From: an uncultured Thermoleophilia bacterium
GTDB lineage: Bacteria; Actinomycetota; Thermoleophilia; UBA2241
NCBI GenBank assembly: GCA_963702475.1
Contig: CAVPCT010000005.1
Location: 192,001 to 256,000 of the forward strand
Reading direction: 5' to 3'
Length of the DNA: 64,000 bases
In this document: piece after piece, positions 28,719-40,103 of the stretch
How the letters are laid out: each line of letters opens with the position of its first letter
How positions within the stretch are numbered: position 1 is the stretch's first letter
The notes under the pieces: generated by a model
Told to the model about the DNA's origin: nothing
What the model saw: only the letters and a program-made list of their open reading frames with translations
The model's database searches: none
Position numbers and translations under genes: made by a program

Positions 28719-30392
28719 ATGAGCCCTGTGAACACGGACTCCGTCAGAATCATCCCGCTCGGCGGCCTCGGCGAGATCGGCAAGAACATGACCGCCGTCG
28801 AGTACCGCGGCAAGATCGTCGTGCTCGACTGCGGCGTCGAGTTCCCGAGTGACGACATGCTCGGCATAGACCTCGTGATCCCCGATATCCGATGGCTGCT
28901 CGAGCGCCGCGACGACGTGCTGGCGTTCGTGCTCAGCCACGGCCACGAAGACCATCAGGGGGCGCTGCCCTTCGTCCTCAAGCGGCTCAACAAGCCGGTG
29001 TACGGAAGCCGCCTCACCCTGGCCCTCGTGAAGTCCAAGCTCGACGAGCACGGCCTCCTGGCGAGCAGCGACCTGCACGAGGTCACCGACCGGTCCCGCC
29101 TGCGGCTCGGACCCTTCGACGTGTCGTTCATCGCCACGACCCACAGCGTGCCCGACTCGCTCGCCGTAGTCCTGGGCACCGAGCTCGGCGCCGTCGTCCT
29201 GACCGGCGACTATCGCTTCGACCACACGCCTATCGACGGCCGCATCACCGACGTCAACGGCTTCGCGCGGATCGGCGACCACGGTGTGCTCGCGCTGCTC
29301 GGCGACTCCACCAACGCCGAAACGCCCGGCTCGACCGCCTCGGAGAGCACCGTCGGTCAAGCCTTCCACCAGATCTTCGCCGAGGCCGAGGGGCGGGTCA
29401 TCGTCGCGAGCTTCGCCTCTCACATCCACCGGCTGCAGCAGGCCATCACGATCGGTCACCTGCACGGACGCCGGTTCGCAGTGTCCGGGCGCTCGATGCA
29501 GAAGAACATCAACATCGCGCGCAACCTGGGCTACCTGGACGTGCCCGACGGCGCGATGATCAAGCTCGACCAGATCGACGACCTGCGTCACGACCAGGTG
29601 CTCGTCCTGTCCACGGGCAGCCAGGGCGAGCCCATGTCGGCGCTCACCCGCATGGCCTTCGACGATCATCCGCAGGTCACCATCCGCGAGGGCGACACCG
29701 TCGTCATCTCGGCCAAGGCGATCCCCGGCAACGAGAGCAGCGTGATGGCCACCATCGACCGTCTGCTCAAGGTCGGCGCCACCGTGATCCACGGCGAGAG
29801 GAGCGGCATCCACGTGAGCGGTCACGCCGCTCAGGAAGACCTGAAGATGATGCTCAACCTCACAAAGCCGAAGTTCCTCGTGCCCGTGCACGGCGAGTAC
29901 CGCATGCAGCACACCCACGCCGAGCTCGCGCGCCAGTCGGGGATGCGCGATGAGGACATCTTCATCCTCGAGAACGGCGACGTCCTCGAGCTCGACGCCG
30001 ACAACGGAGAGATCGTCGGCAAGGTGCCGACCGGCATGGTGTTCGTCGACGGCTCGGAGCTTGGCGATCCCGGCGGCGTCGTGCTTCGCGACCGCCAGCA
30101 GTTGGCGGAAGACGGCATCCTCATCGCCGTCGTCACCGTCGACGCCCAGAGCGGCGCCTCGGTGGCGCCGCCGGAGCTGGTCGCCCGTGGCTTGCTGCAC
30201 GACGACGAGCGCCTCCGGGAGCTCCTCGAAGAGTGCCGGTCCGCGCTGGAGAAGCGCATGACCGAGCTCGGGGCGGTACACGTGACCGGCCAGCGCCTCA
30301 TCCGCGACGACATCAAAGAGACGCTCGCCTCGCTGGTGTTCAAGCGCACCCGCAACCGTCCGCTGATCCTGCCGATCGTCGTCGAGGTCTGA
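28719..30392 (+). CDS. rnj: ribonuclease J
   Basis: PLGGLGEIGKN, SHGHEDH, TGSQGEP, HVSGH, PVHGEYR. Confidence 0.97.
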   Translation: MSPVNTDSVRIIPLGGLGEIGKNMTAVEYRGKIVVLDCGVEFPSDDMLGIDLVIPDIRWLLERRDDVLAFVLSHGHEDHQGALPFVLKRLNKPVYGSRLTLALVKSKLDEHGLLASSDLHEVTDRSRLRLGPFDVSFIATTHSVPDSLAVVLGTELGAVVLTGDYRFDHTPIDGRITDVNGFARIGDHGVLALLGDSTNAETPGSTASESTVGQAFHQIFAEAEGRVIVASFASHIHRLQQAITIGHLHGRRFAVSGRSMQKNINIARNLGYLDVPDGAMIKLDQIDDLRHDQVLVLSTGSQGEPMSALTRMAFDDHPQVTIREGDTVVISAKAIPGNESSVMATIDRLLKVGATVIHGERSGIHVSGHAAQEDLKMMLNLTKPKFLVPVHGEYRMQHTHAELARQSGMRDEDIFILENGDVLELDADNGEIVGKVPTGMVFVDGSELGDPGGVVLRDRQQLAEDGILIAVVTVDAQSGASVAPPELVARGLLHDDERLRELLEECRSALEKRMTELGAVHVTGQRLIRDDIKETLASLVFKRTRNRPLILPIVVEV

Positions 30393-30469
30393 CCGGCGCC
30401 GCCCGCGACGACGAGGAACGCCTGCGCGTGTGCTCCACGGGTGGCCGGAGGAGACGCACACGGCCCGGG

Positions 30470-30898
30470 CTATACGCGCATGAGCTCCGCGAAGGCGTCC
30501 AGCGCGCGTCTGACAGACTCTGCATCCACAGAGTAGAAGGTCCATTTGCCGCGGATCTCCTCGCGCACCAGCCCGGCTTCGCGGAGCACGCGCAGGTGGT
30601 ACGACGCCTTGGACTGCGCGAGCCCGAAGTGGTCCTGGAAGTCACAGACGCAGATGCCGGCCGGATCGCCCTTGCCCGGCACCCCGCGCTCCGACGGATC
30701 CGGCAGCCCGCAACAAGCTCTGCCCTGCACCATGACGTCGAGCATGTTCAGCCGGATGGGATCGCTCAGAGCCTTCGCCACCCCGGTGAGCCACGCTGCG
30801 TGCGCCGCGCCCTGGGGCGGGCAGCAGACCTGCGCGCGCGGATCCACCCCGCCGCAGCAGCCGGCCCTCCCCATGTCCTCCACCTGGCTCCGGGTCAT
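30470..30898 (-). CDS. arsR: ArsR/SmtB family repressor
   Basis: KALSDPIRL, CVCD, QSKASYHLRVLREAGLV; extra CC pairs; divergent from arsM. Confidence 0.88.
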   Translation of the reverse strand: MTRSQVEDMGRAGCCGGVDPRAQVCCPPQGAAHAAWLTGVAKALSDPIRLNMLDVMVQGRACCGLPDPSERGVPGKGDPAGICVCDFQDHFGLAQSKASYHLRVLREAGLVREEIRGKWTFYSVDAESVRRALDAFAELMRV

Positions 30899-31020
30899 CC
30901 TCCACCTCCCGACGTCACCACAAGTTGTGTTGATGTGGGGTTGACTGCGATCCTCGTCAGTGTACCATCATAGGCAAGAGATTTGATTTGACCGCGAGAT
31001 CGAACCATCGAGGAGAGACG

Positions 31021-31878
<858 letters not shown>

Positions 31879-32075
31879 CCCCGGGCGGACAGGGGTACTC
31901 GACTCCTCGCGTCGGAAGGCGACCCTCCACAGCGTCGCGGCCGATGAGGCACGCGCCGGCGCGTACGACGATGGCCTCTTCCCCACCCTGGTCCTGGCGT
32001 TCGGAGCCTTGGGAGCCGCCGCGGACAGGTAGCCGCAGTCGAACCGGGTCTCGGGTGTACCGGAGCCACGGCCGA

Positions 32076-32411
32076 CTACTGCTCGTGGGTCACCGCGATC
32101 GTCATCGAGTCGGGCAGACCGAGGGCACACGCCACCTGCAGCGCCTTGAGCAGACCCAACGGGACCGGGCACCAGGCGTACGAGCCCTTGAGGCTCTCCC
32201 TCATCAAGGTGTGCAGCGGGCTCTCGCCACGCCAGTCCATCTCAGCGTAGGCGTCGAAGGGACCGTGCTTCTCCAGCGCCTCGGCCAGCACCGCCACGTG
32301 CTCACACCGCGAATCGACGACGAACCGCGCCTCTCGTCCGCCCTCGATGCTGGCGGTGACTGTCGCCGTGAACCCGCAGGTTCCGGGCTCGATCAAGGCT
32401 CGCGCTTGCAT
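32076..32411 (-). CDS. conserved Cys-containing protein (DUF6951-like)
   Basis: PGTCGF...SRC...CPVPLGLLKALQVACALGLP. Confidence 0.7.
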   Translation of the reverse strand: MQARALIEPGTCGFTATVTASIEGGREARFVVDSRCEHVAVLAEALEKHGPFDAYAEMDWRGESPLHTLMRESLKGSYAWCPVPLGLLKALQVACALGLPDSMTIAVTHEQ

Positions 32412-32430
32412 GAGCACCTCCTCATCGTGG

Positions 32431-33237
32431 TCACTCCGCCTCCGGGTCCACGACCCCGAGACCTGCGCAGACGGCGAGCAGCGCATCCTTCAGCTCGCCG
32501 CGGTCGCCTGCGAACACCGGTAGGCAGCCACGAGGGTCGGCGTCACCTCGCCAGACCGCCCAGGCGAAGGCCATGCACGTCGCTTCCCCGCACTCCCGGC
32601 AGTTGGTGCCCGGCAGGCGCTTGTAGACCTCGAGTGCGGGCGGACGCCGGCGCGTCTCGGTCGACGGTGTGATGTCCGCCCTGCGCGACCAGACGCCGTT
32701 GACCAGACAGCGCACTCGCTCGAGGCTCGCCCAGGCGTCCAAGATGTCGTCGGCCTTGGCGATGCCGATGCGGTCACGGAAGAGCGAGACCATGCGGTGC
32801 CCGTCCATGTAGGTGAACACCGGCACCGACGGCACGTAAGAACCCTTGGTCACCTCGGCGTTGAGATACGGCAACGCCTCCGCGACGTCGCCGGAGAAGT
32901 GCGCGATCAGGCGGAGCCGCGCCGCGTCGGCGACGCAGGGCGCGAGCACCACGATGGCCACGCGGCCCGTCACATCCTCGGCGAACTCGGCCGGCGCCGT
33001 CTCGGGAACCGCGCCACCTGGCGGGCGGAACTCGACCCAGCCGGCGCTCATCAGGTCGAGTCCTCCCCTCTCGAGATAGGCGGCGCGATCCTCCGGCGTG
33101 AGCACGATCGCCGGCGAGCCCACCCGCGCGTACCCGGGGTCAGGCGAGATCACCCGGTGCGGCAGGCCGAGTCGCCGCAGCAGCTCCAGGGCGCGATCGG
33201 CTTCGGCGCGGTCGCCGAACGTGGTGAGCGCGTCCAC
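32431..33237 (-). CDS. Fe-S-binding protein (putative Fe-S cluster domain, COG4871-like)
   Basis: PCVAD, LPYLNA, LPGTNCRECGEATCMAFA...C. Confidence 0.8.
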   Translation of the reverse strand: MDALTTFGDRAEADRALELLRRLGLPHRVISPDPGYARVGSPAIVLTPEDRAAYLERGGLDLMSAGWVEFRPPGGAVPETAPAEFAEDVTGRVAIVVLAPCVADAARLRLIAHFSGDVAEALPYLNAEVTKGSYVPSVPVFTYMDGHRMVSLFRDRIGIAKADDILDAWASLERVRCLVNGVWSRRADITPSTETRRRPPALEVYKRLPGTNCRECGEATCMAFAWAVWRGDADPRGCLPVFAGDRGELKDALLAVCAGLGVVDPEAE

Positions 33238-33256
33238 GGCCCGTGCCCCGCGCCGC

Positions 33257-34414
33257 TCAGAGCACCGCGTTGAACAGGAAGCCGACGATCATGATGCCGG
33301 CGCCGACCACACCCAGGAAGGTGAAGATGAGCGGCCACTTCAGGACCTTCTTGAGGATGATGGTCTCCGGCAGCGACAGAGCGATGACGGCCATCATGAA
33401 GGCCAGGACGGTGCCCAGCGCCGCGCCCTTCTCGAGCAGCGCCTCCACGATGGGGATGATGCCGGCGGCGTTCGAGTACATGGGGATGCCGAGCAGCACC
33501 GCCAGCGGCACGCTCCACCAGGCGTCGGCGCCCATGATCCCGGCCATGAAGTTCTCCGGCACGTAGCCGTGGATGAGTGCGCCGACGGCGATGCCGGCCA
33601 CCACGTAGGGCCATACCTTGCCGACGATGTCCTTGACGGCCTTCCAGGCGTAGGACATGCGGCCGGCCCACGAGAGCTCCTCGCCGGCCGCCGCCTCGCC
33701 CATGCGCACCTCGCGCACCCAGTCCTCTATGTAGCGGTCCATGCCGAGACGGCCGATGACCCAGCCGGCGACGATGGCGATGGTCAGGCCGGTGATCAGG
33801 TACAGCGCGGCGACCTTCCAGCCGAACAGTCCATAGAGCAGCACCAGGGCGATCTCGTTGACCATGGGCGCGGCGATGAGGAACGAGAACGTCACGCCCA
33901 GCGGGATGCCGGCTTCCACGAAGCCGATGAACAGCGGCACCGCCGAGCAGCTGCAGAACGGAGTGACGATACCGAGGCTCGCGGCCATCACGTTGCCGGT
34001 GGTCTCGCGCCGCCCGCGCAGCAGTGCGCGCGTACGCTCGGGGCTGAAGAACGAGCGCACCACGCCCACGCCGAACACGACGAGAGTGAGCAGCAGCATC
34101 ACCTTGACGGTGTCGTAGACGAAGAACTCGAGCGCCGAGGCCCAACGGGTGTCCGGAAGGGCCAGCAGGTCGTGGAACAGCCAGACGACGAGCGGCAGCC
34201 AGAAGTGATAGACGACCGCCCAGACGCCCACCGCAAGCACCAGACGGAGCCACAACGGCAGGCGGAGCCACACCCGCACGGGCAGGCGCCGCGTCCCTTC
34301 GTCGCGCGGCGCCTCCGCCGCCGGCGCGTCGCACGCGCACCGGGGCATGGCGGGCGGCGTGCCGCGCGCGGGCTCGCCGGCCGCCGGAGCGGTGTCGAGG
34401 GCGGTCTCACTCAT
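33257..34414 (-). CDS. arsP: ArsP/DUF318 permease
   Basis: FFVYDTVK, TPFCSCSAVPLF, PMYSNAAG, LSLPE. Confidence 0.88.
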   Translation of the reverse strand: MSETALDTAPAAGEPARGTPPAMPRCACDAPAAEAPRDEGTRRLPVRVWLRLPLWLRLVLAVGVWAVVYHFWLPLVVWLFHDLLALPDTRWASALEFFVYDTVKVMLLLTLVVFGVGVVRSFFSPERTRALLRGRRETTGNVMAASLGIVTPFCSCSAVPLFIGFVEAGIPLGVTFSFLIAAPMVNEIALVLLYGLFGWKVAALYLITGLTIAIVAGWVIGRLGMDRYIEDWVREVRMGEAAAGEELSWAGRMSYAWKAVKDIVGKVWPYVVAGIAVGALIHGYVPENFMAGIMGADAWWSVPLAVLLGIPMYSNAAGIIPIVEALLEKGAALGTVLAFMMAVIALSLPETIILKKVLKWPLIFTFLGVVGAGIMIVGFLFNAVL

Positions 34415-34420
34415 CGCGCG

Positions 34421-35197
34421 TCACTCATCCACTGCGCCCGGCGCGCTCACGTGCCGCGGAACCGCGGCCGGCGGCCCCGCGAAGCTCGTGATCAGCGGCG
34501 TTGCCGCGAGCCATCGCTGGAGGCGGTCGTGGTCGTAGGGCACGCGCACGAACTCGACGAGGCCCGGCGTACCGAGGTTGGCCGGATCGACGACGGCGTA
34601 GCACACGCGCCAGTCGCCGTCCTTGGGCCGGCCGCCACTGCCGACATTGACGAACGTCGTCGCGCCCACCGTGCGCGCGTACGGCACGTGCGTGTGCCCG
34701 AGGAGGATGGCAGGGTACGGGTACTCGGCGGCCATGCGCTCCATCGCGGACGCCGGCCTGTCCTCGAAGAGGTACTCGTTGATGCGCCGCGGGCTGCCGT
34801 GCACGGCGAGCAGGTCTGCGCCCGGCGTCTTCAGCAGGAAGTGGTCGTCGAGCGTGCGCAGGTAGGCCTTGGCCTCATCACTCACGGCCCCCTGCGTCCA
34901 GGCAAGGGACGCCGCGCCCTCCGCGCGCTGCTCGTCGGTCTTGTACACGCAGCCGCAGTCGCCGGTCTCGAAGCCGATGCCCTGGTCGTAGTTGCCCATG
35001 AGCGACGGGATGCCGCGGTCGCGCACGAGGAGCGCGACCTCGTTGGGATACGGCCCGTATCCCACGAGGTCGCCCAGCGAGATCGTCGCCGGGACGCCGC
35101 GGTCCTCAATGTCCGCCAGGATGGCCTCGAGGCCCGGCAGGTTGCCGTGCACGTCGCTGAAGACCGCAAACGGCGTGGCTATCGTCAGTGCGCGCAC
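34421..35197 (-). CDS. calcineurin-like metallophosphoesterase
   Basis: SDVHGN, GDLVGYG, GNYD, CGC insert, HGSP, GHTH, NVGSGGRPKDG. Confidence 0.9.
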   Translation of the reverse strand: MRALTIATPFAVFSDVHGNLPGLEAILADIEDRGVPATISLGDLVGYGPYPNEVALLVRDRGIPSLMGNYDQGIGFETGDCGCVYKTDEQRAEGAASLAWTQGAVSDEAKAYLRTLDDHFLLKTPGADLLAVHGSPRRINEYLFEDRPASAMERMAAEYPYPAILLGHTHVPYARTVGATTFVNVGSGGRPKDGDWRVCYAVVDPANLGTPGLVEFVRVPYDHDRLQRWLAATPLITSFAGPPAAVPRHVSAPGAVDE

Positions 35198-35225
35198 GAC
35201 GGACCCCTCGTTTCATCGACCTGTG

Positions 35226-35265
35226 TTTATATCAACTTACCTTGACCATAAACGGATGTCAATGT
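35226..35265. promoter_or_regulatory. AT-rich divergent promoter with probable ArsR operators
   Basis: AT-rich island between divergent ars operons with imperfect palindromes (TCAA..TTGA; CAT..ATG). Confidence 0.4.
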
Positions 35266-35309
35266 AACGTCGAGAGGACCTCAGCCCCACCCGACAGGAG
35301 ACCACGACG

Positions 35310-36425
35310 ATGGCAGCGAGCAGCACCAGGCGCCTCTCGTTCCTCGACCGCTACCTCACCCTCTGGATCTTCCTCGCCATGTTCGCCGGGGTGGGGCTCG
35401 GCTACCTGTTCATCGGCCTGCCCGGGTTCATCCAGCGGTGGTCTGTGGGCACCACCAACATCCCCATCGCCATCGGCCTCATCGTGATGATGTATCCGCC
35501 CCTCGCGAAGGTGCGCTACGAGGAGCTCGGCGACGTCTTCCGCGACTGGAGGATCCTGGGCCTCAGCCTCGTGCAGAACTGGCTCATCGGCCCGTTCGTG
35601 ATGTTCTTCCTGGCGATCATCTTCCTGCACGACTACCCCGAGTACATGGTCGGGCTCATCATGATGGGCCTGGCGCGCTGCATCGCCATGGTCATCGTCT
35701 GGAACCAGCTCGCCAAGGGCGACACCGAGTACGCTGCCGGACTCGTGGCCTTCAACAGCGTCTTCCAGGTGCTCTTCTACAGCGTCTTCGCCTGGGTCTT
35801 CGTGACCAAGCTGCCGCCGCTCTTCGGGCTCGAGGGCGTGGCCGTCGACATCACCATCGGGCAGATCGCCAAGAGCGTCTTCATCTACCTGGGGATCCCG
35901 TTCATCGCCGGCATGCTCACGCGCTACATCGGGCTCAAGACCAAAGGCCGCGAGTGGTACGAGCAGAAGTTCATCCCGCGGATCAGCCCGCTCACGCTGA
36001 TCGCGCTGCTGTTCACGATCTTCGTGATGTTCAGCCTCAAGGGCGACCTCATCATCGAGCTGCCGCTGGACGTGCTGCTCATCGCCATCCCGCTGTCCCT
36101 GTACTTCGTCATCATGTTCTTCGTGAGCTTCTTCATGGGACGCAGGATCGGCGCCGACTACTCGAAGACGGCCACCCTGAGCTTCACCGCGGCGAGCAAC
36201 AACTTCGAGCTCGCGATCGCCGTCTCCATCGCCGTCTTCGGCCTCAACTCCGGCCAGGCGTTCGCCAGCGTGATCGGCCCGCTTGTCGAGGTGCCGGTGC
36301 TCATCGGCCTCGTGAGCGTGGCGCTCTGGCTGGGCAAGAAGTACTGGCACATCAGCGACGACCCTGTGCCGGAGGCGGTGCAGGCAGGCTGCGACGAGGT
36401 GGGGTGCGACCCCACGAGGAGTTGA
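35310..36425 (+). CDS. acr3: Acr3 arsenite efflux transporter
   Basis: [48 protein letters not shown]. Confidence 0.96.
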   Translation: MAASSTRRLSFLDRYLTLWIFLAMFAGVGLGYLFIGLPGFIQRWSVGTTNIPIAIGLIVMMYPPLAKVRYEELGDVFRDWRILGLSLVQNWLIGPFVMFFLAIIFLHDYPEYMVGLIMMGLARCIAMVIVWNQLAKGDTEYAAGLVAFNSVFQVLFYSVFAWVFVTKLPPLFGLEGVAVDITIGQIAKSVFIYLGIPFIAGMLTRYIGLKTKGREWYEQKFIPRISPLTLIALLFTIFVMFSLKGDLIIELPLDVLLIAIPLSLYFVIMFFVSFFMGRRIGADYSKTATLSFTAASNNFELAIAVSIAVFGLNSGQAFASVIGPLVEVPVLIGLVSVALWLGKKYWHISDDPVPEAVQAGCDEVGCDPTRS

Positions 36426-36426
36426 C

Positions 36427-36828
36427 ATGAGGTCAGACCGAGACCCGGCCGGAGCCGGCAGCATCACCGCGTTCGTGCCCTTCTTCAAGGCGTTCTGCAA
36501 CGAGACCCGCGCGCAGATCGTCGAGTTCCTGCTCGGCGGCGAACGCTGCGTGTGCGAGATGACGGGGCCCCTCGACGTCAGCCAGCCGCTGGTGTCGCAT
36601 CATCTCGCGCTGCTCCGCGAGGCCGGCCTCGTGAAGATGCGCAGCGAGGGCACGCGTACCTACTACTCCATCGACCGGGAACGCTTCGACGCCGACCTGC
36701 AGGGGTTTCTGGAGCACGTTGAACGCCTGCGCAACGCCCCCCGTACCGAGCTCAGCGGCAGCGCCTGCGCCGTCGCCGTCGGGGCGCCGGCACGTATCGC
36801 AGATCCACGAACAAGGAGAGACCCGTGA
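36427..36828 (+). CDS. arsR: ArsR/SmtB family repressor
   Basis: ERCVCE, SQPLVSHHLALLREAGLV. Confidence 0.88.
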   Translation: MRSDRDPAGAGSITAFVPFFKAFCNETRAQIVEFLLGGERCVCEMTGPLDVSQPLVSHHLALLREAGLVKMRSEGTRTYYSIDRERFDADLQGFLEHVERLRNAPRTELSGSACAVAVGAPARIADPRTRRDP

Positions 36829-37079
36829 GACTCGAGATCCTCGGTTCGGGCTGCGCCAACTGCCAGAAGCTGATGGCGGTGACCGAAGCGGCCGTGCGCG
36901 ACCTCGGCATCCACGATGCCGAGCTGGTCAAGGTAGAGGACTTCCCCAGGATCATGGCGTATGGCGTGATGTCGACGCCGGCTCTCGTGATCGACGGCAA
37001 GGTCGTGCTCAGCGGCAAGGTGCCGTCGCAGGCCGAGGTCAGCTCGCTTATCACCACGGCGCTGGCCGCACGAGGATGA
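36825..37079 (+). CDS. small redox-active disulfide protein (MTH895-like thioredoxin)
   Basis: ILGSGCANC, YGVMSTPALVIDG. Confidence 0.9.
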   Translation: MRLEILGSGCANCQKLMAVTEAAVRDLGIHDAELVKVEDFPRIMAYGVMSTPALVIDGKVVLSGKVPSQAEVSSLITTALAARG

Positions 37080-37507
37080 CCTTGAGGCGCACGGCGGGGC
37101 CGCGAGTGGTCGCCGCCCTCGTGGTCGCCCTGGCCGGCGTCCTGTGGCTGGCCGCGTGCGGCGGGGGGGCCTCCGAGGATTCTTCCGCATCTCCGGACGC
37201 CGGGAGCGCCACAGCGAAGGTCACCTTCGTCGAGCTCGGCTCCGACAGCTGCATCCCCTGCAAGGAGATGAAGCCGGTCATGGCCGCGATCCAGAAGACC
37301 TTCGGCGACCAGGTCGAGATCGTCTTCTACGACGTGTGGGAGGATGACGCGCCGGCGCGTGAGTACGGCATCAACATGATCCCCACGCAGGTGTTCCTCG
37401 ACGAGGACGGCGAGGAGTTCCACCGGCACGTCGGCTTCTATGCGCAAGAAGAGATAGAAGCGCTGCTCGTCGAGCACGGCTTGACCAGGCTCTCCACCAC
37501 CCAGTAG
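37076..37507 (+). CDS. thioredoxin-family lipoprotein
   Basis: Lipobox LAAC, CIPC, IPTQVF. Confidence 0.88.
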   Translation: MTLRRTAGPRVVAALVVALAGVLWLAACGGGASEDSSASPDAGSATAKVTFVELGSDSCIPCKEMKPVMAAIQKTFGDQVEIVFYDVWEDDAPAREYGINMIPTQVFLDEDGEEFHRHVGFYAQEEIEALLVEHGLTRLSTTQ

Positions 37508-37518
37508 GCGTCGCGGCC

Positions 37519-38211
37519 GTGCTCCAGCAGGTCCTGACCACCCTCAGCGAAGCGCTGGGCCGGTCGCTGGGCTGGGCCCTGCTCGCGGCCTTCGCCTGGG
37601 GAGTCGTGAGCATCGTCTTCAGCCCGTGCCACCTCGCCAGCGTGCCGCTCGTGGTCGGCTTCATCTCCACCCAGGAGAAGGCCTTGACGCGGCGCGCGTT
37701 CTGGCTCTCGCTCGCGTTCTCCATCGGCGTCCTGGCCTCGATCGCGCTGATCGGCGCGGTGACCGCGGCCCTGGGTCGCCTGCTCGGCGACCTCGGCGCC
37801 ATCGGCAACGTCGCCGTGGCCGTGGTGTTCTTCGTCTTCGGCCTCTACCTCATGGACCTGCTGCCGCTGCACTGGGTGTCGCTGCCGTCCAGCACGAGCC
37901 TGCGCGGGACGCCGGCGGCCCTCGGTCTCGGCCTCGCGTTCGGCGTCGGCCTCGGCCCGTGCTCGTTCGCCTTCCTCGCCCCGCTCCTGATGATCGCCTT
38001 CGGCCAGGCTGACGTCGACTACACCTTCGCCGTCGGACTGCTGGCCGCTTTCGCCCTCGGCCACTGCGGGGTCATCGTGCTCGCCGGAACTGCCGCGCAG
38101 CGCGTACAGGGCCTCGTCTCCTGGGGATCGCAGTCGCGCGTGACGCGCTGGGTGCGCCGCGCCTGCGGCGCCCTCGTGGTGCTGGCGGGCGTCTATCTGC
38201 TCGCGAAGTAG
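37519..38211 (+). CDS. ccdA: CcdA/DsbD-type transmembrane electron transporter
   Basis: SPCHL and GPCS motifs in a multi-TM protein. Confidence 0.85.
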   Translation: MLQQVLTTLSEALGRSLGWALLAAFAWGVVSIVFSPCHLASVPLVVGFISTQEKALTRRAFWLSLAFSIGVLASIALIGAVTAALGRLLGDLGAIGNVAVAVVFFVFGLYLMDLLPLHWVSLPSSTSLRGTPAALGLGLAFGVGLGPCSFAFLAPLLMIAFGQADVDYTFAVGLLAAFALGHCGVIVLAGTAAQRVQGLVSWGSQSRVTRWVRRACGALVVLAGVYLLAK

Positions 38212-38257
38212 CGGCGGGCGGCCAGTACGCGGGCCGCCCGCCGCCTTGCGCGCGAGC

Positions 38258-38360
38258 TCAGCTCTGCTGCACCAGCCTCACCTGCGTGTCGTAGAAGGAG
38301 ACGCCCCCCCACGGGGTCCAGCAGACAGGTGTTCTTGAGGTAGTCGTCGAGACGCCCATC
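38258..38360 (-). pseudogene. possible 3' stub of a molybdopterin oxidoreductase
   Basis: DDYLKNTCLLDP.(shift in C7 run).GGVSFYDTQVRL-stop resembles the C-terminus of molybdopterin-dinucleotide-binding domains. Confidence 0.3.
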
Positions 38361-38778
38361 CCCGGTCCGTGTGGAGGTCGTCGCTGCACCTCGACGGCAT
38401 GGGCGGCAGTGCGCGGCGAGACCGCCGGCAAGATGAGCGGCGATGCAGGGAGCGTTTGCCTTAGGCTGCCCGCCGGCACGGTCGGTGGATACGCTCTGCG
38501 CGCAGCCGGTACGCGGTGGCGAAAGGCGCTTGACCGCCACGCCCGCGGTCGCAGAGGCCACCGGACCGCGGAGCCCTCAGCGAGAGCCGCCCGGGCGACT
38601 CGTCTCCAGGCCGCGGAGGAACCCAGCCTCCGCGGCCTCGCGCCGATCTTGGTGGTGCCTTGGACGAACGTCCCATGCGGCTTCTAGACAATGGTCCCAT
38701 GCGCCCCCGCGCGTCCCGGGGCAGAGTAGGAATGAACACCCCGGCCAGTCGGGACACCGCACTCAGGAGGCCGCAAGC

Positions 38779-39372
38779 ATGCGCCGCACCAGGACCTCGC
38801 AGCAGGGCTTCACCCTGATAGAGACGCTCATCGTCCTCATCGTCATCGCCGTGCTCGTCGCCATCGCCGTTCCCGCCTATGCGGCGCAGCGCGGCAAGGC
38901 GAAGGAGACCGTCCTCAAGAAGAACGGGCGCGATGTGAACATCGCCGCGCTGACCTACGTGCTCCAGGGGCTCGACACCACCTACCGCAGGAGCGACGAC
39001 GGCAACGCCAGGCAGTACGCCAACGCCGCCCGGTTCGTGAGCAACGCCCTGGAGGTCGGCCTCGAACAGGGCGTGCCTCTGGACAACGCCGATCACTACA
39101 TCAATCCATATTCAGGTCACGAGTCCATCGTGAACTGGGGCAGCGTGATCACGACCCAGGCTCTCTACTCGACCCCCGCCGTGTTCATCACCAACGCCGG
39201 CAGCTGCCGCTACGCGAGCTTCCAGAACATGAGCCTGGCTCAGCGGACCAGCCTGCGGGGTACGATCATCGCCTGCTGGAACACGACGGCATCGGTGCGC
39301 GCCATCCAGATCTACTACGTCACGGGCAACGCGACCAAGGGCCCGCTGCTGCACAGCATCCCGCTGGACTGA
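38779..39372 (+). CDS. type IV pilin / prepilin-type protein
   Basis: QQG|FTLIE cleavage/methylation motif then a hydrophobic helix; two C-terminal Cys; AGGAGG RBS. Confidence 0.9.
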   Translation: MRRTRTSQQGFTLIETLIVLIVIAVLVAIAVPAYAAQRGKAKETVLKKNGRDVNIAALTYVLQGLDTTYRRSDDGNARQYANAARFVSNALEVGLEQGVPLDNADHYINPYSGHESIVNWGSVITTQALYSTPAVFITNAGSCRYASFQNMSLAQRTSLRGTIIACWNTTASVRAIQIYYVTGNATKGPLLHSIPLD

Positions 39373-39424
39373 CCGGGCGGAGCACGGCCGCTCCCGCCGG
39401 GACCGGAGGCCGCGGCGAGGCGCG

Positions 39425-39985
39425 TCAGGCCCCCGGGTCGAAGTCCTTGCCCACGCTCCAGCACTTGGCGACCGGCTCGCCGAGCGACCAGTACTTCTGG
39501 CTCGCCATGTCGAAGAGCAGCGGCTTGAGCTTGGCGATGTCGACGGCGCCGTTGGTGAGCACGTCCGCGTCGGCGTAGGTGCCCACGATCTCTCCCACGA
39601 ACAGGTCGTGCGTGGGCAGCTCCACGTGCTCGATGAGCCTGCACTCCATCGTCACCTTGCACTGCTCGATCATCGGCGCCGTGTCGAGCTTGCCGTAGAA
39701 CACCTCGAACAGCCCCGCCTTGTCCTCCTTGCGACCGCTGACCATGCCTATGTGGTCGGTGACCTCGACCATCGCCTCAGACGGCAGGTTGACGCTGAAC
39801 GTGCGGTTGGCCTTGATGCCTTCGTTGGTGAGGTGCATGCGGCCCATGCCGAGCGTGATGCCTTTGAGGTGGGCGATGCCGACGTGCGCGACGGTGGCGA
39901 AGTCGGGCCGTCCGTCGACGGTCGCGCCCACCAGGGCGGTGACCAAGGGATACAGGGCGTTGGTGTCGCCGAGTTGCTGCTTCAC
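39425..39985 (-). CDS. flavin reductase family protein (flavoredoxin-like)
   Basis: LYP...FSVNLP, GMVSG..EDK, APMIEQC..MEC, HDLFVGEI. Confidence 0.9.
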   Translation of the reverse strand: MKQQLGDTNALYPLVTALVGATVDGRPDFATVAHVGIAHLKGITLGMGRMHLTNEGIKANRTFSVNLPSEAMVEVTDHIGMVSGRKEDKAGLFEVFYGKLDTAPMIEQCKVTMECRLIEHVELPTHDLFVGEIVGTYADADVLTNGAVDIAKLKPLLFDMASQKYWSLGEPVAKCWSVGKDFDPGA

Positions 39986-40103
39986 GAGAGACCTCGCTCA
40001 TCGGGGTGGCCGGTCGGCCAGTTCCTACCCGCTGAGGAGCCGGCGGCAACCAGCGACGGGCGGCTCGGGTTGCGGGACGCTCCCCGCCCGTCATCATGAG
40101 GAC

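Noticed and set aside
31980-32070. tRNA-like sequence after arsM (GTCGAACC)
   Set aside because: No cloverleaf, acceptor stem or proper T-loop context could be built.
38505-38600. Second c-di-GMP riboswitch upstream of the pilin
   Set aside because: Has GAAA and GCAGAGGCC look-alikes but lacks the GNAAAC/GCAAAG P2 architecture seen at 63755.
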